A stretch of DNA of 32,000 nt, from NCBI GenBank assembly GCA_036689235.1, contig CP144769.1, forward strand, positions 207,865 through 239,864, read 5' to 3'. The translations under genes were made by a program, and so were the position numbers. Of this stretch, positions 21,483-29,829 are shown piece by piece (within the stretch, counting starts at the first letter, position 1; every line of letters starts with the position of its first letter). The notes beneath the pieces are model-generated. The model searched no databases. It was not told the DNA's origin and was given only the letters and a program-made list of their open reading frames with translations. This DNA is from Candidatus Saccharimonadota bacterium (lineage in GTDB: Bacteria > Pseudomonadota > Gammaproteobacteria > Enterobacterales > Enterobacteriaceae).

Positions 21483-21773
21483 ATGATAAAAATAAATTTA
21501 AAAGTAAAATATAGAAAAAAAATTGGATCAAATTATAATAAAAAAATTAGAAATAAAAATATAATACCTGGAATTATATATGGTAAAAAAAAAAAAAATA
21601 TATTAATAAAAATAAATCATAACGATATATATAATAAAATAATGAAAAATCAAAATAACAAAAAAATTATATTTAATTTAAAATTAAAAAATAATATAAT
21701 AAAATCAAAAATTAAAGATATACAAAAACACCCTTATAAAAATAAAATATTACATATAGATTTTATTTATTAA
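21483..21773 (+). CDS. rplY: 50S ribosomal protein L25 (short form)
   Basis: 96-aa ORF. IPGIIYGKKKK and IKDIQKHPYKNKILHIDFIY match E. coli L25 (FPAIIYGGKEA ... [20 protein letters not shown]). Confidence 0.85.
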   Translation: MIKINLKVKYRKKIGSNYNKKIRNKNIIPGIIYGKKKKNILIKINHNDIYNKIMKNQNNKKIIFNLKLKNNIIKSKIKDIQKHPYKNKILHIDFIY

Positions 21774-21778
21774 TTTAA

Positions 21779-21850
21779 TGAGTCGTACAGGATTTGAACC
21801 TGTGACCAATTGATTAAAAGTCAATTGCTCTACCACTGAGCTAACGACCC
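21779..21850 (-). tRNA. tRNA-Lys (anticodon UUU)
   Basis: GGGTCGT-TA-GCTC-AGTGGTA-GAGC-A-ATTGA-CTTTTAA-TCAAT-TGGTC-ACAGG-TTCAAAT-CCTGT-ACGACTC-A. Good cloverleaf. No CCA is encoded. Confidence 0.9.
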
Positions 21851-21940
21851 ATATTACATTAATTAATAATATATTATAATTTATAATTTATAAAAAATAA
21901 AATATTAATTTAATTATTTTAATAATTAATTTATATATAT

Positions 21941-23242
21941 ATGATAAACATAATTAAAAAAAAAATAAATATTTTATCAAGAAAATATAAAAAATTTTTA
22001 ATTGCATTTAGTGGTGGTATAGATTCAACTACATTATTACATAATTTAATAAAAAATAAAAATATAAAAAAAAAAAATATAAGAGCAATACATATAAATC
22101 ATAATTTATATAAAAATTCAAAAAAATGAGAAAAAAAATGTATTTATATATGTAAAAAATGAAATATAAAATTAATTATAAAAAATATATTTATAAATAA
22201 AAAAAATAATATAGAAAATAAATGTAGAAATAAAAGATATAAAATTTTATTAAAAAATTTAATAAATAATGAAATTTTATTAACAGCACATCATAAAAAT
22301 GATCAATGTGAAACAATATTATTATCAATAAAAAGAGGAAGTGGATTAGATGGTTTATCAGGAATTAAAAAAAAATATAAAATAAAAAAAAAAATTATCA
22401 TTAGACCTTTATTAAATATTGAAAAAAAAATAATAATAAAATATGCAAAAAAAAATAATTTAATTTGAATTAACGATAAAAGTAATAAAAATATTAAATT
22501 TGATAGAAATTTTATTAGAATAAAAATATTACCTAAAATAATTAAAAGATGACCATTTTTTTTAAATTCTTTAATAAGAGTTTCAAAAATATGTTTAAAA
22601 CAATCATTATTATTAGAATATTATATTAAAAAAAAATTTAAAAAAATATTATTTAAAAAAAAAAATATAAATATAAAATATTTAAATAAATGAAAAAAAG
22701 AAGAATGAATTTTAATATTAAGAAAATGAATTAAATTAAATAAAAAAAAAATGTTATCATATAAAAATATAAATATATTATTAAAAAATATAATTAAAAA
22801 AAAAAATGATAATTATTTTAAATTAATATTTAAAGAATTTATTATTTATAAATATAAAAATTTATTATTTTTAAAAAAAAAAAAAATAAATAAAAATTAT
22901 ACAATAATTTGAAAAAATATAAAAAAAAAAATAAAATTACCTAATAACATTGGTTATCTATATATAAAAAAAAATAAAAAAAATAAAATTAATGTAGTAA
23001 GGAAACCAAAAAAAAATGAAATAATATATATAAAATTTAATTATAAAGGATATATAAATTTATTAAATAAAAATATAAAAATTAAAAAAATATGACAAAA
23101 ATATAAAATATATCCATGAAAAAGAAATAATATTCCAATAATTTTTTATAATAAAAAACCAATAATATGTCCAAATATATTTAAAACAAAATATTCTAAA
23201 TCAAAAAATAATAATTATATAAATATAAAATTTAAAAAATAA
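21941..23242 (+). CDS. tilS: tRNA(Ile)-lysidine synthase
   Basis: Track ORF 21941-22129 continues through many TGA codons. I translated the whole frame to TAA at 23240-23242 (433 aa) and found no TAA or TAG. PP-loop LIAFSGGIDSTTLL, LLTAHHKNDQCETILL, IIRPLL. Confidence 0.88.
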
Positions 23243-24937
23243 TTATTTATATTTAAAATACAAAAAATTAAATATATCATATTTATTAATATATTTAATA
23301 TTATTATTCAATCTATCTTTAAATTCTATTAAATTTAATAATAACATTTTATTACTAATAATTAAAATATTAGGTATACCTATAAATTCAAAATCAGTTA
23401 ACATTTTTCCTATATATAATTTTCTATCATCAAACAATACATTAATTTTATTAAATAATAAAAAATTATAAATTTTAAAAGATATATTATATACATTAAT
23501 ATTATTATACATATCTATAGGTATTAAACCTATTTTAAAATGAGATATAGATAAAGGTAAAACAATATTATTATTAATACTATATTTTTCTATAATACTA
23601 AAAACTAATCTAGTAATACCAATACCATAACAACCCATAAATATATTTTTATTTAAAATATTTTTATTTACAAAAATATTAGAATAATAATTCATTAATT
23701 TAAAAGTATGAGCTATTTCTATAGAACTATATTTATATAATTTTTTATTACTTATTTTTTTTTTAACAAAAAAAAAAATATTTTTACATATATCAAAAAA
23801 ACCACTAACATTTATATTTTTAAAAAAATTTACATTGTAACAAACAACATTTTGAATATTAGATCCAAATATAAAATTTTTTCAATTTAATAAAGAATAA
23901 TCAGCTATAATTTGATAAAAATAACCAAAAGGACATATAAAAAAACTATTTATATTAAATTTTTTATTTATATATTTTTTTTTTAAAATTTTTATATTAA
24001 TAATAAAAGGAAAAATTTTATATAATTTATTTATATCTATTTTTTTTTTATAAGGAATTAAAATAAACATAAAATAATTATATTTTTTAGTATAAATTTT
24101 TATTAATATTGATTTAACAAAAAAATTAACATTTATAAAATCTTTTATATTTCTATTATATATTTTTTTAGAAATATTAAATAATTTTATTTTTTTTAAA
24201 TTATTTTTATTTTTACTTTTTTTAAAATACAAATTATTATTATTAATAATATTTTTAATATATTTATAATAATAAATTTTATTATCTCCATAAGAAGAAT
24301 TAATATGAAATTCATGAGATAATATTCCACCTATATTACCACATTTTGCTTCTTTATAAAAAAAATCTATACCTATATAATTAAATATATTTTGATACAT
24401 TAATAAAACATTTTCATAAAAATTATTTAAACATTTTTTACAATTATGAAAAGAATATCCTTCTTTCATAATAAATTCAATAGATCTTAAAATATTATAT
24501 CTAGGTCTTATTTCATCTCTAAATTTATTTTGTATTTGATAATAAAATTTGGGATAATAATTATTTTTTACCTCATTACATATTATATTAGTTATAATTT
24601 CTTCATTAGTAGGAGATAAAATAAATAATTTATTATATCTATTATATAATTTAAATAATTCTTTACCATATAAATTATATCTATTACTTTTTTTTAAAAA
24701 AGTAGAATTTTGTAATATAGGAATATATAATTCTATACCATTTAATTTATCCATATATTTTTTAATAATTTTATTAATATTATTTATTATTTTTAAACCA
24801 TTTGGTAATCATATATATATTCCAGAAGATAATTTTCTTATTATACCCCCTTTAATCATTAAATTATATATTTTATTATCATCATAATTATTAAAAATAT
24901 CTTTTTTAGTAAATAAATAATATTGTTTTATTTTCAT
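23243..24937 (-). CDS. proS: Prolyl-tRNA synthetase
   Basis: ATG at 24937, TAA at 23243-23245, 564 aa. Track ORFs 23243-23695 and 23882-24754 are in frame. N-terminus MKIKQYYLFTKKD...LMIKGGIIRKLSSGIYIWLPNG, YQIQNKFRDEIRPRYNILRSIEFIMKEGYSFH, GNIGGILSHEF, GCYGIGITRL. Colinear with E. coli ProRS. Confidence 0.92.
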
Positions 24938-24952
24938 ATAATTAAATAAAAT

Positions 24953-25321
24953 TTAAAATATATTATATTTTTTTTTTAAATTAACAATTTGACCTAAAAA
25001 ACATCCACCTAAAAGATGTAAATGTAAATAATTAATTTCTTGACCAGAATCTTTATTACAATTAAAAACTATTCTATATCCACTTTTATGAATATTATTT
25101 TTTTTAGCTAACAAAGAAGATACTAATAACATTCTACCTAATATTAAAATATGATCTTTAATTATATAATTTAAATTTTTTATATATACATTAGGAATTA
25201 TAATAATATGAACAGGACATTTAGGATTAATATCATTAAAAGCTGTAACATATTTATCTTTAAAAATTTTTTTTATTTTTATTTTATTATTAATAATTTT
25301 ACTAAAAATATTTTCTTTCAT
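24953..25321 (-). CDS. hinT: Histidine triad (HIT) family nucleotide hydrolase
   Basis: 122-aa ORF. CIF-like NIFSKIINNKI, VHIIIIP, and the histidine triad YLHLHLLGG. Confidence 0.85.
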   Translation of the reverse strand: MKENIFSKIINNKIKIKKIFKDKYVTAFNDINPKCPVHIIIIPNVYIKNLNYIIKDHILILGRMLLVSSLLAKKNNIHKSGYRIVFNCNKDSGQEINYLHLHLLGGCFLGQIVNLKKKYNIF

Positions 25322-25325
25322 TTTT

Positions 25326-25330
25326 TCCTT
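25326..25330 (-). promoter_or_regulatory. Shine-Dalgarno-like AAGGA upstream of hinT
   Basis: Complement of TCCTT at 25326-25330, 4 nt upstream of the ATG (25319-25321). Confidence 0.35.
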
Positions 25331-25411
25331 ATAAAAATATATTTATTGATATATATATTTAATATTATATAATATAATCTATTATAATAATATTATAATA
25401 TTATTAAATAA

Positions 25412-25483
25412 AGGTCTATAGCTCAGCGGTAGAGCACACCCCTGATAAGGGTGAGGTCAGTGGTTCAAATCCTCTTAGACCTA
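25412..25483 (+). tRNA. tRNA-Ile (anticodon GAU)
   Basis: AGGTCTA-TA-GCTC-AGCGGTA-GAGC-A-CACCC-CTGATAA-GGGTG-AGGTC-AGTGG-TTCAAAT-CCTCT-TAGACCT-A. Perfect acceptor stem, one T:T mismatch in the T stem. No CCA is encoded. Confidence 0.88.
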
Positions 25484-25493
25484 TAATTAAAAT

Positions 25494-25566
25494 AGGGATA
25501 TAGTTTAATCTGGTAGAACGATGGTCTCCAAAATCATAAGTTAGGGTTCAAATCCTTATATCCCTG
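25494..25566 (+). tRNA. tRNA-Trp (anticodon CCA)
   Basis: AGGGATA-TA-GTTT-AATCTGGTA-GAAC-G-ATGGT-CTCCAAA-ATCAT-AAGT-TAGGG-TTCAAAT-CCTTA-TATCCCT-G. Overall similar to E. coli tRNA-Trp (AGGGGCG..GUUC..GAGC..CUCCAAA). D-stem pair 11:24 is U:A. No CCA is encoded. Confidence 0.9.
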
Positions 25567-25594
25567 ATAAAAAAAAATATTTATATTAAATTTT

Positions 25595-25834
25595 ATGAAT
25601 AAAAAAAAAATTTTTAAAGAAATTAATAAGTTTATAAAAAAAGAAATAAATTCAGTTTTAAATAAACATAATGGATCATTAAAATTATTAAATATAGATA
25701 AAAATAATAATATTTTATTAAAATTTGAAGGTAATTGTAATTTATGTAATTTTAAAGAAAATACATTCACAAATTTTATATTAAATAAATTAAAAATTAA
25801 TTTTCCAGAAATTAATAATATAAATTATAAATAA
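25595..25834 (+). CDS. Nfu/NifU C-terminal-domain Fe-S cluster carrier protein (single domain)
   Basis: 79-aa ORF. INSVLNKHNGSLKLLNIDKNNNILLKFEGNCNLCNF resembles the Nfu domain (irP.l..hGG...l.ei....v.l.f.GgC.gC) with a CxxC pair. Confidence 0.7.
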   Translation: MNKKKIFKEINKFIKKEINSVLNKHNGSLKLLNIDKNNNILLKFEGNCNLCNFKENTFTNFILNKLKINFPEINNINYK

Positions 25835-25842
25835 AATTTTAA

Positions 25843-26388
25843 TTATAAACGAGATACATAACATTTTAATTTTGTATTTATTTTAATTAAATCTCCATAA
25901 TTTATAAATTTTGGAATTTTAATTTTTAAATTATTATTTAAAATGACTATTTTATTATTTTTATCTTTTTTATTTAATATATTTTTAACTTTAATATAAA
26001 TATACTTTGGAATAATTATTTTTATTGGTTTATTATTTCAAAAAATAATATTATAAGTATTATTTATATATATAAAATCTATATACCTTAGTATTCTTTT
26101 TTTATTTAAAAAAATTTGATTATAATTATTTTTATTAATAAAAAATCAATTATCTTTTAATTTATAAATATAATTATAATTATCTATAAAAATATTAGCT
26201 TTTTTAATATTATTAAATAATTTAAAATTTTTATTAATTAATTTATTATTAATTAAATTTCTTAATTTAGTTTTTATAAAAGAATTTCCTTTTCCAGGTT
26301 TAATAAAACTTAAAAATTCTATTTTATAAGGTTTATTTAAATAAATTATATTATTTCCTAAAAAAAAAACATTTTTAATATTTATCAT
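25843..26388 (-). CDS. efp: Elongation factor P
   Basis: Track ORF 26146-26388 extends through TGA codons to TAA at 25843-25845 (181 aa). The loop FIKPGKGNSFIKTKLRN matches E. coli VKPGKGQAFARVKLR. The tip residue is Lys. Confidence 0.88.
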
Positions 26389-26693
26389 ATAATATTATAA
26401 TTAAAATTCAATATAAAAAAATAAAATTAAGTAATATTAAAAAAAATATTTAAATATATAATAAAATAATTTTAATAAAAATTCATTAAAAATATAATAT
26501 AATTAAAATATTAATAAAATTTTTATTAATATTATAAAATAATATATAAATTAGTTATATTAAATAAAATAAATTTAAAATATACTAAATAATAAAATTT
26601 ATATAATATAAATATTTTAATTAATATATTATTATACATTTATTTAAAATATTAATATAACTTCATAAATATAACAAAATAACAAATTAAAAC

Positions 26694-29246
26694 ATGTTTA
26701 AAAAATATAATTTATTTAATAAAGAAAAAAAAATATATAATTATTGAAAAAATAATAATTTTTTTAATCCTAATACAAATAATAAAAAAAATAATAATTT
26801 TTCTATAATTATGCCTCCTCCTAATATTACTGGTAATTTACATATAGGACATGCTTTTCAACAAACTATTATTGATATAATAGTAAGATACAATAAAATG
26901 AAAGGTAAAAATATTTTATGAATAATGGGAACAGACCATGCAGGTATATCAACACAAATTTTGGTAGAAAATTATCTTAAAAAAAAAAAAATAAAATTAT
27001 CAAAAAAAAAAATAATAAAAGAATTATGAAAATGAAAAAAAAAATATGAAAATAAAATTAATAAACAAACAAAATTAATAGGAAGTTCTATATATTGAAA
27101 AAAAACATTTTTTTCTTTAGATAAAAAATTTAAATATGCTGTAAAAAAAGCTTTTATAAAATTATATAATAAAAATTTAATATATAAAAAAAAAAAAATA
27201 ATTAATTGAGATAAAAATATAAAATGTTCATTATCTAATTTAGAAATTAATACTAAATTTAAAAAAGTAAAAAATTATTTTATAAAACTTAAAATATTTA
27301 AAAAAAATAAATATATAATAATATCTACTACTAAACCAGAAAAAATATTATCTATAACTGCATTAATAATTAATAATAATAATAAATTTTTAATAAATCC
27401 AATAACAAAAAAATTAATTAAAATAATAAAAAAAAAAAATATCAAAAATAAAAAATATATAAAAATAATTCCAAATTATTATAATAAAGATTTTAAATTT
27501 GCTAAAAAAAATAAATTAAAATTAATAAATGTATTTAATAAAAATGGAAACATTAATAATAATATAAAAATATATAATTATAAAAATAATAAAAAAAAAT
27601 ATTTAAAATTTAAGAATTTAAATTGAATTAAAAATAAAAATTATTTAATAGCAAGAAAAAAAATAATTAATTTTTTAAAAAAAAAAAAATTAATAAAAAA
27701 AATAAAATATAAATATATAAAAATTAAATATAGTAATAAAACAAACTCTATTGTTTTACCAATATTAACTAATCAATGATATTTAAAAATTTCTAAAATA
27801 TCAAAAAAAATAATAAAAAATATAAAAAAAAAAAAAATATTAATATTTCCAAAAAAATATGAAAAATTATTTTTCTACTGAATAAAAAATATAAAAGATT
27901 GATGTATATCAAGACAAATATATTGAGGACATAAAATACCTATTTGATATGATAATAATGGAAATAAATATGTAGGATATAATATAAAATATATAAAAAA
28001 AAAATATCCACATTTAAAAAATAAAAAATTAAAACAAGATAAGAATATTTTAGATACATGATTTTCATCTTCATTATGAAGTTTTACATCATTAGGATGA
28101 CCTAAAAAAAAAAATAAATTAAAAAAATTTCATCCTTTAAATTTAATAGTAAGTGGTTTTGATATAATTTATTTTTGAATTTGTCGTATGATAATAATGA
28201 CATTACTTTTAATTAAAAAAAAAAAAAAAATACAATTACCATTTAAAAAAATATTAATAACTGGGTTAATAAGAGATGAAAATGGTAAAAAAATGTCTAA
28301 ATCTTTAGGAAATGTAATAGAAATATCAGATTTAATAAAAGGAATAACTTTAAAAAAATTATTAAAAAAAAGAATTAAGAATTTAATTAATAATAATAAA
28401 ATAAATAAAATAATAAAAAATACAAAAAAATTTTTTCCTAAAGGAATTAAACCAAATAAAATTGATACAATAAGATTTTATTTAACATCTATATATAATT
28501 CAACATTAAAAATTAATTTTAATAGAAATGAACTAATTTTTGCATATAATTATTGTAATAAATTATGAAATGTTTGTATATACATTTTTGATATATTAAA
28601 AATAAATAAAAAAAAAATATATAATAAAATTAATATTAATAAATTAATATTAATAGAAAAAATAATTTTATATAAATTTAATAATTTAATATTAAAATTT
28701 AATAAAAATATAAAATTATTTAAATTTAATTTATTATGTAAAAATATTTTTAATTTTTTAAAAAATTATTTTTGTGATTGATATATAGAATCAATAAAAT
28801 TAATAAAAATAAATAAAAATAATAAATTATTTTTAATTTATATAATTAAAAATTTTCTAAAAATATCACATATAATAATACCATTTATTACAGAATATAT
28901 ATGAAAAAAAAATTATAAAAATTCAATCTTAAAAGAAAAATTTCCTAGTATAAAATTTAAATTAAATAATTTAAAAAAAAATAAAAAAATATTTATTTTA
29001 TTAAAAAAAATTATATTAACTATAAGAAATTTAATAAAAATAAATAACAATAAATTAATAAAAAAATTATTCATATTAAATTTAAATTTAGAACAAAAAA
29101 AAAATATACTAAAAAATAAATATTTATTTAAAATTACAAAAATAAATAATATACTTTTTTTTAAAAAAAAAAATTTTTTAAATACATATAAAAATAATAA
29201 AATATTTTTTATTAAAAAAAATATTTACATATCTATAAGCGAGTAA
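26694..29246 (+). CDS. valS: Valyl-tRNA synthetase
   Basis: ATG at 26694. I translated the whole frame to TAA at 29244-29246 (850 aa) and found about 19 in-frame TGA and no TAA or [25 protein letters not shown] (HIGH), [61 protein letters not shown]. Track ORF 28188-28568 is an internal fragment. Confidence 0.94.
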
Positions 29247-29309
29247 CGGGATTCGAACCCGTATCTTCAGCTTGGAAGGCTAAAATAATAACCATTATAA
29301 AATACTCGC
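29238..29309 (-). tRNA. tRNA-Gly (anticodon UCC)
   Basis: GCGAGTA..AATGGTT..TTAGC-CTTCCAA-GCTGA-AGAT-ACGGG-TTCGAAT-CCCGT-TACTCGC-T. Colinear with E. coli glyT. Weak A/T-only D stem. No CCA is encoded. Confidence 0.85.
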
Positions 29310-29324
29310 AAAAAAAAAATAAAA

Positions 29325-29409
29325 TGGTGGGAGAAGGATTTGAACCTTCGAAGTTATAAATAACAACAGATTTACAGTCTGTCTCCTTTAACCACTCGGA
29401 AATCCCACC
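29325..29409 (-). tRNA. tRNA-Tyr (anticodon GUA), class II with long variable arm
   Basis: GGTGGGATTTCCGAGTGGTTAAAGGAGACAGACTGTAAATCTGTTGTTATTTATAACTTCGAAGGTTCAAATCCTTCTCCCACCA (85 nt). Colinear with E. coli tRNA-Tyr. Confidence 0.9.
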
Positions 29410-29415
29410 TTATAA

Positions 29416-29488
<73 letters not shown>

Positions 29489-29493
29489 AAAAA

Positions 29494-29566
29494 TGGAGTT
29501 AAGCGGAATTGAACCGCTAACCTTCTACTTGCAAAACAGATGCTCTACCATTTGAGCTATAACCCC
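29494..29566 (-). tRNA. tRNA-Ala (anticodon UGC)
   Basis: GGGGTTA-TA-GCTC-AAATGGTA-GAGC-A-TCTGT-TTTGCAA-GTAGA-AGGTT-AGCGG-TTCAATT-CCGCT-TAACTCC-A. The G3:U70 alanine identity pair is present. Confidence 0.9.
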
Positions 29567-29829
29567 AAATAATTTAAAATTATTATTTTAAATAAATATA
29601 TTAAATATAAATATATCATATATTTTATATATTATATATTATTTTTTTTTAAAATATTACAAATAAAATAATATATAAAAAATTAAAATAATTTAGATAC
29701 TTAAAATAATAATTTTAATATTTTATAAAAAAAAAATAAAATATATTAAAATATATTAGTTATTTTTTTTTTAATTTTTAATAATATAATAAAAATTTAA
29801 AAAAAAATATTAATTAATAAATATATTAT

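Noticed and set aside
25534-25770. 78-aa minus-strand ORF in the track
   Set aside because: It overlaps tRNA-Trp and runs antisense to the Nfu-domain gene. The plus-strand ORF has the recognisable Nfu CxxC pattern and this one has nothing.
26389-26693. 305-bp efp-valS spacer and 263-bp spacer at 29567-29829, examined for small ORFs, ncRNAs or repeats
   Set aside because: Both strands are saturated with TAA stops. I saw no G/C-containing structured island and no convincing repeats (only a tandem AAAATATATT x2 near 29738-29757). They are most simply promoter-bearing spacers.
28188-28568. 126-aa ORF called as a separate gene
   Set aside because: It is an internal segment of valS containing the KMSKS motif, bounded by TGA codons in the same frame.
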